From the NCBI GenBank assembly GCA_028534125.1, contig CM052818.1, forward strand, positions 35,590,001-35,654,000: a stretch of 64,000 nucleotides of DNA, written 5' to 3'. The notes beneath the pieces were generated by a model that searched no databases, was not told the origin of the DNA, and worked only from the letters and a program-made list of their open reading frames with translations. This DNA comes from Lama glama (lineage: Eukaryota). The number at the start of each line of letters is the position of its first letter. Position 1 is the stretch's first letter. Positions 36,593 through 48,500 of the stretch are shown here, in pieces. Position numbers and translations under genes: made by a program.

Positions 36593-39500
36593 GTGAGTAC
36601 ATTTATTGTTTCCTTGGGCTTGCAAATTATATAGAAATTCAGAACCCTTCTAAATGGATCTATCTTGAAATTGGGTAGAAGTGGGGATTTCTTCGGAGAT
36701 GAACCAAGGGTGGGTTGAGCTTGGGGAGACAGGGCTACATTAACAGGAAGCCACACTGCTAAAGAGTGGATTTGGGGTGGACAATGTATGCCCACAGGTG
36801 GAATTTCAGGTACTCACTATTCTGGCCTCAGCCCACCCCTCCCTCCTCTCTTATTATTTTCTTTTCCACACTTTACTCTCTGTCCACACTGAACCTGTGT
36901 CATCATACTTTCCTGTCTCAGTGCCGTCATTCATTCTGTCCACCTGAAATGTTCTTTCCCCTCCTCTCTGTCAGTCTCCTGTCAACCTGTCAGTTGTAAA
37001 GTGTTCCTGTTCCCATAAGGCCTTCTGAACACCTCTTCTATCAGTCAGGACTCATTTTAGTTGAAAACGACAGAAATATTAAGATTCTCTGCTAGTCATA
37101 GATCTTAGCGTAAATTGTGTTGCGTTCTTATTTGTATACGTTTAATGTTCTCTGCTAGACTATAAGCCCCATGAAGAAGGGGCGTGGAGTATAGATTGTC
37201 TCCAGGTGCCTGGCACAGTGTTTATACACAGTAAATGCTGAATAAATACTTATTGTTGGGTAAGATTGTCTCCAGGTGCCTGGCACAGTGTTTATACACA
37301 GTAAATGCTGAATAAATACTTATTGTTGGGTAAGATAGATATGTCTAAAGAGGGAGTTTGCCGATTAGAATACAAGGGCAACATTCAAAGAAGGTAGACT
37401 AAAGTGGCAGGGGTGTATCTATACTTCAGGGCGCAGGATTGCATCAATGATAATGTAAGATATCCTATTTAAGTCAGTTTTTTGAAATAGCTAATTCATT
37501 CATCTAAGAAATGAGGGTTACCATGTTATGCCATAGAATTGTGGTTTATTCAGCAGACTACAGTCATCCCTCACTATCCAAGGGATATTGGTTCTAGGAC
37601 CCTCTGTTGATACCAAGATCTGTAGAAGTTCAGGTCCCTTATATGAAGTGGTATAGTATTTGCATATAAGCAATGCATATCCTCTCGACAGTTTAAATCA
37701 TCTCTAGATTACTTATAATACCTAATACAATGTAAATGCTATATAAATAGTTGTAAATACAATGTAAATACTTTGTAAATAGTTGCCGCCTTGTGGCCAA
37801 TTCAAATTTTGCTTTATGGAACTTTCTGGAATTTTTTTTTCCTGAATATTTTTGATCAAGTTTGGTTGAATCCATGGATACAGAACCCATGGATACAGAG
37901 GACTGACTGTATTCTGTTTCTGGTTGAAATTTTTTTTTTGCTCATGGTGAGGAGGAGAATATGACTGACAGGAACGTGACTCAAGCCAAAAATTTAAAAA
38001 AGGGATATTAACCAATTCACATTATCCAATTATAAGGATGTAGCTGGGTTTCAGAGATTGCTGGAACCAGGGACAGAATATAGCCCAATCATTTCATGAC
38101 ATCTCTCTCTCTCTCTCTAGCTTTTGGCTCCCTATACACAGCTGCCAGTAGCTCTCAGGCTTACCAAAACTAAACCCAAATTTGAAAACCCCAGGGAAGG
38201 TTTTGATTGTCTAAGTGAGTGCAGGTACCTTTCCCCAGCTCAGTTAACTGTGGCTTTCCCACTCGGTTAGGCAAGCAGAGTAGCATCAAAAAAGAAGATG
38301 GAAGAACCCATTTAAACCTCAGTTGGAAGAGGGGTACTCTTTTGGGCAGTCAAAACAGTAGATGCCCATTCCGTCCTTCAGATTTCAATATGCTTAAATT
38401 ACTTGCAGAGTTTGTAAAAATGAAGATTCCTAAGATCCACCCACTGAGATTCTGATTCACAGGGCCTGAGGTGGGGCACAGGACTCTACGTTTAAAACAC
38501 CCCCCACTTCTATAATTATAGTGCAGGTGGTCTTCAGGCCACAATTCAGGAAAGCAGCGAATTGAGGTAATGAATTGTCATTTTTCTTAAGTAAATTTCC
38601 TCTGTCTGACTTCTGAATTAAATTGACCTCTTTTGAGTTTCAACGTGTGAACATATTTGTGTTACTTCTGGATTTTATAAACTTCAGTTCCATCCCTTCT
38701 CAGCTGCTATATTTTTAAGGTGAAATTTTCTAATATAAACTGTTATACAAGATCTTCTCCAGATGCTCTCAAACTCTGTTATTATTTTGTTGTTATTTTG
38801 TTATTATTATTTTGCTGTTCTCACACTGACTTTTATAAGATGGATCCTAATTTCAAAGATGTTAAAATGAAAACATGTACATCTTAGAATTGATGAAATA
38901 TGGTAGAGAATTCAGGAATGAAGAAATCTTGATAAGATGATTAGTGATTAGTTAGATTTAAATATATGAGTAATATAAAATAACTGTAGGAATTTTGTTT
39001 TCAGAATAGAAAGTGGGTATTCTAAACTTGGGCAGAGACTAATGATAATAATTAATAAACCAGGAAGTAGTGAAGAAACAATGAGAACAGGTGCTGATGT
39101 CCTTGTGTTCTGTTGGAGGGAGTCCTAACAAAGCTGTCTAAACTGAAGCATGTTCCTAAAAAAAACATAACAACTCTAAATCTGTCAACTTATGGTTAAT
39201 AATCTCTATTCTTAACCTTAGAGGAATCTTTTAGGAAATAATATTTCTGTGGTGAAGAACATTTGTATATAAAGCCAATGATTCCTCCCAGTTTACTTCA
39301 GTTTCTTTTTTTCTTTTGTTAAATTCAATGAAAAGTAAATTTTATATTTTTATTTTAAGATAATATAATTCCTTTTTATAAAAATATTTATGTTTATCAA
39401 TCTTATCTATGCATAGAAAGAAGTCTGAAGTAACATTCATCTAGATTAATGAAGGGTTTTTCCTGAGTGGTAGGATTTCGGATAACTTTTAAACCTTCAA

Positions 39501-42500
39501 GTGTTTGAGTTGTTTACAGTGTTTCATTCATTCATTTTCCAATAGTGATTTTTCTTTAAAAAAAAAAAACTAGAAGCAAGTATGCTCTGATGTTAACAGT
39601 AGTTAATTCTGGCATCAATGGTTGTTATTCCTCTTTTTGTTCTTTTCTCTATTTTCAAATTTCTGAAAACAAATTGACTATTGCTCTTGCTCAAATGAAG
39701 ATCGTACAAGAATTAAACAAACATTGTAATGATACACATCTTTGTACCATTATTTGTACTATTTATTGTACTGCATGGTAACCAAGCATGAAGTAGTAAT
39801 TAAGATGTCTTACTGAGTGAAATAAAACATTTTGGTTTCCTTTATCTTGCTCCTGCTTGTCCCAAATCAATTTTTTGTTAGTGCCACAGTAATAGCTACC
39901 ATTTGTTTGTTTCAGGGTGTTGATGAAGTGTCTTGAGGTAAGATGAAGGTAAACAAGGGTGGCTTATGCCAAGTGAGTTCAGTGTTCCTAAAACAGGAGG
40001 CATGATTACCTGCCAGGTCACACTGGCTCTTGTTGTAATGATTATCTGGAATCAAGAAGAGGCACTAAGAAAGCCTTTTTTAAATTTCATACATGTAACC
40101 TGTTGAAATTCATAAGCGATATACATGATATTAATATGAATGCACAAACCATTTGGGATTGTTTCTGTTTGAACATTTCAGGGTACAAGTCAGAGACAGA
40201 GAAATCAAAGTTAACATCTTTGATATGGCTGGACATCCCTTCTTCTATGAGGTAAGAAAGCCTTTTTGAAAAAAACCTATATCCAGTATTGTCAGTGGGT
40301 TGAGGGAAAGATACCAAATTATCAAAACGACCGGTATTCAAGTCATGTGTAAAAACAGGTAAATTCAGCTGGTGTTTGGCTTCCCTTCTGAGCCTTAACT
40401 TGATGGATTTATCTGTTGGTCTTTTGTGATCTCTCCTTAAATAGCAGTGGGAAATTTTATTGCGAATGTTTCAAACACTTAGTTAAGACGTTTTAAGGGA
40501 CTGTTGCTTTTACTTTATACCTTAGCCCAGACTGTGAAAAGATAATCACATTCGTCCTGAGCCTTAAGAATTCAGTAATGTGACTTCTTTGGCAGCGAGG
40601 TTCCAGAGCGATCGTTCCAGTTCACTGCTCAGGCGTGTGTGGTCTTGCCCCCAGAAGAAGCTAAAGCAGTCTCACTTGGTTTCCTTTCATCTGCTTATCA
40701 GTCCTGAGTGGTCTCAGAATGAATCTCATGGCCATTCTTGTTTCTTTTTCCTTCCTTAGTTTTTCATTTTCCCTAAGCAGGCTCTTCAGTCTTCTCTAGT
40801 TTGGCCATTTCACTTCTGCTCTTTTCTTTCCTTCCTCCCTTCTACTTGCTTCAGGATTATTTTGCTCTTCTTGTTCTGGGTTCTTGAGTTGGAAGCTCAG
40901 ATTGTTGATTTGAGACTTTCTTCTTTTCTAATGTATGCACTTAGTGCTATAAATTCCCCTCAATACTGCTTAGCTGTGTCCCACAAATTTTGATATGTTG
41001 TATTTTCATTTTCACTCCTATTTCATTTCATTCATTCAGTGTGTTTTTTTTTATTTCCCTTGAGACTTTCTGTTTGACCTGTGGATTATTTAGAAGTGTG
41101 TTGTTTAGTTTCCAAATGTTTAGAAATGTTCCTGCCATCTCTTATTGATTTCTAGTTTGATTCCCTTGTGATCAGAAAACACACTGTATGGTTTCAGTTC
41201 TTTTAAATTCATTGAGGTTTTTTTTTTTCCCATGGCCCAGGATATGTCTTGGTATATATATGTTGCATGGGCACTTGAGAAGAATGTGTATTCTGCTATT
41301 GTTGGATGGAGTGCTCTATAATTATTTATTGGATTCTCTTGGTCAATGATGTTGTTGAATTCTTTTATGTCCTTGCTGATTTTCAGTTTAGTTATTCTAT
41401 CAATTGCTGAGAGAGGGTTGTTGAAGTTTCCAACTAAATGGTGAATTTGTCTATTTTTTCTTTCAGTTCTATCGATTTTTGCTTTGCACATTTTGCAACT
41501 CTCTTGTTTGGTGCATACACATTTAGGATTACTATGTCCTAATTATATAATTTTATTATTATATGCTATCCCCCTGTGTCTCTGGTAATTTTCTTTGTTC
41601 TAATGTCTATTTTATCTGATGTTAAATAGGTATTTCTGCCTGCCTTTGGTTGATGTTTGCATGATACATCTTCTCTCCTTTCACTTTCAGCCTGCTTATA
41701 TCATATCTGAATTGACTTTCTTATAAGACGATACATAGTTGGATCTTGTTTTTTTAATCTGTTCTGCCAATTTCTGTCCTTTAATTGGTATATTTAGACC
41801 ACTTTTATGTAATTATTGATATGTTAGGTCTACTATTTTATTTCCTTGTTTTCTGTTTTTCATTTCTGTTTTCTTTTTCCTGCCTTCCTGTGGGTCACTT
41901 GAACACTTTTTGAGTTCCATTTTGATTTGTCTGTAGTGTTTCTGAGAAATCTTTCCGCATAGCTTTATTAGCAGATGCTCTAGTTATTACGCTGCATGAG
42001 TTATCGCCGTCTACTGCTCTTGTCATTTTAACAGCTTGAGTGGAGTGTGGAAGCTTTTTCTCCTTTTACATCCCTTTTCCGTCTCCCACTTAAAATTGTC
42101 TTAAATATTTTCTCTACATACAATAGAACCACAGCTGACAGTGCTTACTTTTTACTTAACTGTCAAACATAATTTGGAAAACTTAAGGGAGAAGGAAAGC
42201 ATATTGTATTCACTCCTACTTTTGCTTACTCTGCTCCTTCACCCTTCATTGTGTTCCAGGGTCCTTCCTTTATCCTTTCCCTTCTGTTGGGAGAACTCCT
42301 TCAGCCATTCTTTATTGTAGGTCTGCTGGCAACAGATTCTTTTAGTTCTCCTTGATTGAGAATGTTTCCCCTTTTTCCTGAAGAATTTTTTTTGGAGGTT
42401 ATAGGATTTTGGGTTGATATTTCTTTTTTTTTCCAACACTTGAAAAATACTGTACTGCTTTCCTGTGGCCTCATGGTTTCCGATGAGAAATATGCTGTAA

Positions 42501-45500
42501 TTTGAAATGTTTTTCCCCTCACTTTTTTTTTAACATTGTAAATACTTTTTTTTATATGAGATCAGGTCCATTTCATCTTAAATTTAAAATCTCTGCTGTA
42601 AAATTGTTTCAGTGCTGCATTAAGAAAGCAGCAGTTTTTTAAACATTGTATTTCATGGGAAAATAGTACATATCAAAGAAAACTTCCTACTTTGCTGCTT
42701 TCTCTAATTTCAACTTATTTCATGTTATAGGAGAATCATTTCTCCTCTTATGGTAATTTTCCTTTTCCCTACTTAGATTTCCTGATCGTTTGTGCAGTTA
42801 TTTTGAGGCCAGCTCTTGTACTCATTGAGCCTGTTGTCCCCTGTAATGTCACTGCTCTCAGGGAAGAGTGGGATTTCTGAAGGAGAGGGATGTTTATTGG
42901 GAAGGCTAACTTAGTGAAGTTCAGAGAGGTGTCCTTTTTCCCTCTGGCTGCTTTCATGATTTTCTCCTTCATCTTTAGTTTTTAAAGGTTTATTTATAAT
43001 GTGTTGGCATGGATTTCTTTGGGTTTTTCCTGTGTGGGGTTTTCTCAGCTTCTTGAATCTATAGGTTTATATCTCTTGCCAAATTTGGAAAGTTTTCAGC
43101 CCTTATTTCTTTGAGTACTTTTTCAGCCCCACCCTGTTTCTCCTCTCCTTCCCAAACTCTGATCTTGTTGTAGTCCCCCAGGGCCCTGAGGCTCTGTTCT
43201 TTTTCTGTTTCTTTTCTTTTCTTTTTTTAAAGTTTATTTTCTCTCTGTTACTTAGATTAGGTAATTTTATTATTTTGCTTTTCACTGATTTTTTTCCCAC
43301 TGTCTCCTCCATTCTGCTCTTGAGCCCAACTACTAAGCTTTTTTATTACAGTCATTGCATTTTTCAGTAATTTACTTTTCTAAAATTTCCACTCAGCCTT
43401 TGTTTGGGTGAGTGGGGATGGAGAGACAGACTTATGAGGGGTCGGGCTGGAGTAGAATGGTTAGCCTCTGAAGCTTTTTTGTTTTTCTTGATCCTTCACT
43501 AAAGAGAGCAGGCTTTTGCTGGACACCTATTGGCAATTCCAAGTTGTACTTCTGCAGCTTCAAGTCTTGGATACATGAGGCAGGAGAAAACCAGGGAACT
43601 CGCTGCTGTGTCATGCCTCAGGGCCCCAGGTCCCTAGCTTGTATGCCTTCTTCTCTCCATATTCCAGTCTTCTTATGTATGTTTTACATATAATGTCCAG
43701 AATTTTTGCTTGTACTTAGTGGGAAGAATAGAGGAAAACATAACCTTTAATGGCTGCGAAATCTTCCATCTTGTGACTGTACCCAAATATTTAGGTAAAA
43801 TAAATTCCTTTTAAATGTGAAACCTTGAAGTGGATTAAATCAATTTCACAAGTATAGAATGTTGTCAGTGAAAAAGGCATGGAGGCTCTAGGTGAACCCA
43901 AATTTGACACAGATTCTACCAGAAATGCTAATACAAGTCTTAGATTACACCAAAGTCATGTCGATGGAGAGTTAGAAGACGCCTGAGAATTAATGTGGTC
44001 CAGACCTCTGCCATTGTAAGATTTTTTTCTGCAGCATTCCTGATTGATGGCCATCATTCATTCACCAGATAAGAAAATGCCAGTTTCTGTGCTGCACGCT
44101 GGAAATACACAGCCCCTGTTTTCATGGCACATAAATATGTCAGAGAAGACACATGTTAGACAAATGACAGAATACTTGGGACTTAATACCCAGACCTAGC
44201 TTATCTGGAAGGTCAGGAAGTCCTGTTGAAGGAAACTGCATTTAAACTGAGTGTTGATGGATAAGTAAGAGTTATGTAGGTTGGTAGGAATCCAGGGACA
44301 GTGTAATACATGGAAAAGTTTTGAGTGGTACAGACTGTGAGAGTTTGGAGAATGAATATCTTTAATGATGGGGGTCTCACTGCTTCACAACTTAATCCTT
44401 TATAGATTAACAACTTCTCTCTTAGGAAGGCTGCCTTCCTTTGACTTTTGCCCTGGCCTTTTTTTTTGAAGCAACATAGGCTGAGTCTGTGCTCCTACAA
44501 GAGAGCCTTTCTAATACTTGTTAACCTACTCCTTTCCAGGTAAAACATTTTTTATTCCTGCCACAGATAGACCTATCAGCATGCTTTGTGGATCACTGCC
44601 AGTTAGCTGGCAGGGAGTTAGCTGATGGGAGTTGAAAACTGGACACAACACTCCAGATGTTGCCTAACTAATGAAAAACACTGAGTGTTCTGTTACTTTC
44701 TGTCATTAGACACTAGACTCTTGTTATTGGAACCCCAAAATTGTGATGGCTTTTTTCAGCAGCTCACAAAAATAGAAGTATAATTTTAAAAGTTCCCTGA
44801 AATCATCACTTCTAAAGTACCTTTTCTCCAAAAATAGTATTAATCTCTCCTTTTCTGTCAAATATTTGCTGTCTGTGGCTCAAACCCTCCTTTTTGACAA
44901 GGCCAAAGGCATCATCTTCCTTCTAAACCCTAAACTGACCAGAGTACACCTTTGCTCAGCACACAGCTAGTGAAGTACCCACGGCCACTCTCACGGTCCC
45001 TGGCTTCCTGAAACCATAGCCTGTCCTCCATTGAAGCTTCCACTGTCACCAGTCCTGGGCCTGCTGAGAAAAGACAGTGTACTTAGTGTGTCAGACAGCA
45101 GTCTCAGAGGAAAGTGTCAGGGAGGGGACTCCTGAGGGAATGGCAGGGCCTGTATCTTACCATGAGTCTTGCTTCCACTGGTGCACAAAACTGAATTCTG
45201 GAGTCTACTGGGATGAGTCGTGGGTCGATAAAAAACTTTCTGAGGCCTGAGTAATATTAAACTAACAGCTTTCTCTAACCTAGAAAGCTACACCTCTGCT
45301 TTAAAAATTAAATAATCACAGTTCCTTTAGCATCCTATTTAATTAAACTTTGGATGCAGCAAGCCTTCCAGGACTAGCGTTAGAAGGCTGTTTGGGGAGA
45401 TAATAATAGAACTGTGGAGGACCGTTGAGCATCTACTTTAATCTTTCCATTTTACAGACAAGTAAACTAACATTTGAGGTAATAAAGTCTTACTCAAGGT

Positions 45501-48500
45501 GACATAGGTAGCTAGTTGAGGAACCCAGACTTGAACTTGAGGCCCTTGAAACAGAATCCATTGAGCTTATTTCTCTTTTTACACACAAAACTCCCTCTGG
45601 ACAGCATGATCTGCATTTTGAAGTTCTTTCTTTTCCCCTTTGGCATTACTTCTGTTCTCTGCTATAGAACATTTAGCCATTTAATTAAGCAAATATGTCT
45701 CAAATTTTTATATTTGCTCAGCCCGGCGGGGGACAGAAAGATGATGTGTGCCTTCATGCTGCTCACAGTCTAGTGGGGAAGACAGTGGGATGTGCTACTA
45801 ACTATGAAACTAGACAAGAGGTGATGTGAGCACTGTTAGAAGTACAAAAGCTGTGATAGTCCAGGGGCTAGGGAGATTGCATTCTGTTCTGTAGGGGTAG
45901 GGGATTAGACATGAGGAAGAGGGCAAAAAAGCTATATAAAAGATACGGTGTTACAGCTAGACCTTGGAAAATTAAAGATAAAGAGATGTGTTTCCAGATG
46001 TCCTCCAGGGACAGGAGGGGGTTAAGACTGGGAAATTGGTGGAGGACTGATCCGAAACTGTCACTATCAGTTAAAAAAAGAATTTGAACTTTAGAGAGTG
46101 GGCAGTAGGGAAGCACTAAAGAATTTTTGAGCCAGGGCTTTAAAAAGGCACATGTGCACAGTGTATAATGTTGCTAAGGAGATTGCTTAGAAGACTCTTA
46201 CAGTCATGCAGTCAAGAGATAAGATAATGTTGGCAATGAAAATGGAAAGGAAGTGACAGTGCAAGAAACATGGCAGAGGTGGCTTCTCTGGGACAAGAGA
46301 GCAGCAAAGGCTAATGCCAGGCTTTCAGCCTGAATGACTCAGAGAAGGACGTGCGACTTTCATCACTAGAAGTTCAAGAGAAGGAAAAGTTTAGGGAGGA
46401 ATAAATTGGGGGGCATTTATAAATAAACTGTTGTGCATATTGAATTTGAAATTCCAACAGAACATTCAGCTGGGAGAATCCAGAGCTAACCGGAAATGCG
46501 CGTCTGGAAGTGCAGGTGAAAGGACTCACATTGGAGCATAGTTGAAACTGTGCGAGTGGTTGGTTCTGCTGAGCTGGGAGGAAGGAAGAAAAAAGAAGGG
46601 GCAAGGGCCCAGGATAGGATTTGGGGGATTGTGGTGGCAGACTGGAGTGGGAGCAGTGGAGGAAAGAGGCGTTGGAGAAATCATTTAAGAATGTGGAGAA
46701 CGTGGTGTGTGAGAGCCAAGACAGCAAGAGTTGGGATTTTAACCACTGCAGAGGGGCTAAGGGCCATGAGTGCTGAGGGGAGAAGATGCCTTCCTGGTCT
46801 GCATCACGTTAAATTTGTTCTGATCTTGTTGGTTTGATTTTAGGTGATAGCTTCTTATGTTTCAGTAAATTAAGAGGCACTTAACGTTTTTGGTCCAGGT
46901 ATCTATCTATGTTCAGAAACATGTAGATACTTCCTGCCAGACTTGTGAGAGAGGTCTTCATTCTTCCTACATATCTAGTGTGAGTCTGAATACTTACTGA
47001 AATTTTCTAAAAGGAACGTATAATACAGGGTCCATGTCAAGATTCTTACTAATTTTGGCCTGAAACCCCCAATCTCTCAACATTGTTCCTCATCCACCAA
47101 ACTTGTCACTTTGGTGCCTCTGCCACTTTCATGTGCCCTCTACTTCATGCCACCTCTTCCCAGAATTAAAGATACACTCCAGAGGTGAGTTGCCAAAGGA
47201 GGCCAATCAGAATGAATGCAAGGAAAGAAGGGAGAAGGTGCTAATACACATTGTTTTCCAGGCACCATTTTGGTGTTCTGCCTTCATTATCTCATTTGAT
47301 CCTGATAATAATCCTGTGAAGTAAGTAGTATTATCCCCATTTTACAGATGAGGAAACTGAGATGCAGAGAGGTTAAGTGACTTGCCCAAGATCACACAAC
47401 TAGTAAGTAAGTGTGAACCCAGATGTGACTCCAGAGCCTATCCTCTTTTCCACTACATCACACGGACCCTCAGAGCTTGGAGTTCTCAAGATGGTGTGGA
47501 GACCCAAGAGTCATAGGGAAGTTCTACCTAGCGTCCTGGGGGAAGCCAGCTTTGGGTTGTGATCTATAGATGGCTGTACTTCTTGCTGATACTTGTGTCA
47601 TTTTTGCCTTAAGTTCTTTTTAGTTGTTCACTCACCTTCCTAGTTCTTCCTAAGAAGAACTTTAGATAATTTGTGCTCTTTTAAGACCTACTAAAACAAT
47701 TAAAGATTGATTGCTTCTAGTGAGTAGAACTGGAGGTGAGGAGGGGTGGGGCAGGAGGCTGTAACTTGCATTACAAGTCCTTCTATACTAATAGACTTTT
47801 TTTTATCATGTTACTTTGATTTTATTTTTAAAAAAAGCCCTCTAAAGACTAGTAGTTCGTATAGAGATACAATAGTAAACACTACAAATACACAAAAGAG
47901 CACACTTTGCTAAGTTAATGGCTGTGATACATACTTCTATAAAATCGCAGAACTTACATTTTGTGCATCTGTTCTTTTATGTAAAGGTTCGTAATGAGTT
48001 TTACAAGGACACACAGGGTGTGATACTGGTCTATGATGTTGGGCAGAAAGATTCCTTTGAAGCCCTTGATGCATGGCTGGCAGAAATGAAGCAAGATCTT
48101 GGACCTCATGGAAACATGGAAAATATTGTATTTGCGGTGTGTGCCAACAAGGTAATTGCTCAACTTTCTAGGTTCCTTGTGGAAAGAGTGCAGCTCTGAG
48201 TTTTGGAGAACAAATAAAAAGAAAAAAAATTCTGTAATCTGTAGTATATAGGAATCAACAGCTTTTCAAAACATATGTCCCTAAAACAAAACAGATGAAA
48301 AACAAAACCTGGTGTGACAGTATTTTTATCCTTCTTTTTTTTTTTTGGGTGCCGTACTTGGGGATGCATATTGGTGACTGAGCAGGAGGGTGATTCTAAT
48401 AATCATACTCTGACCTGGTTGGAGGAGAGGAAGCAGTTAGGTGAAGTGTGGATCATGGGAAAGTATGAAAAGCAGACCGTGGCCCTCGAGCGTGGCAAAC

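Noticed and set aside
37193..37336. CRISPR-like direct repeats
   Set aside because: Only two abutting copies with no spacers, in mammalian L2 sequence.
41120..41491. 123 aa endonuclease-like ORF
   Set aside because: Frameshifted L1 ORF2 endonuclease remnant, not a host gene.
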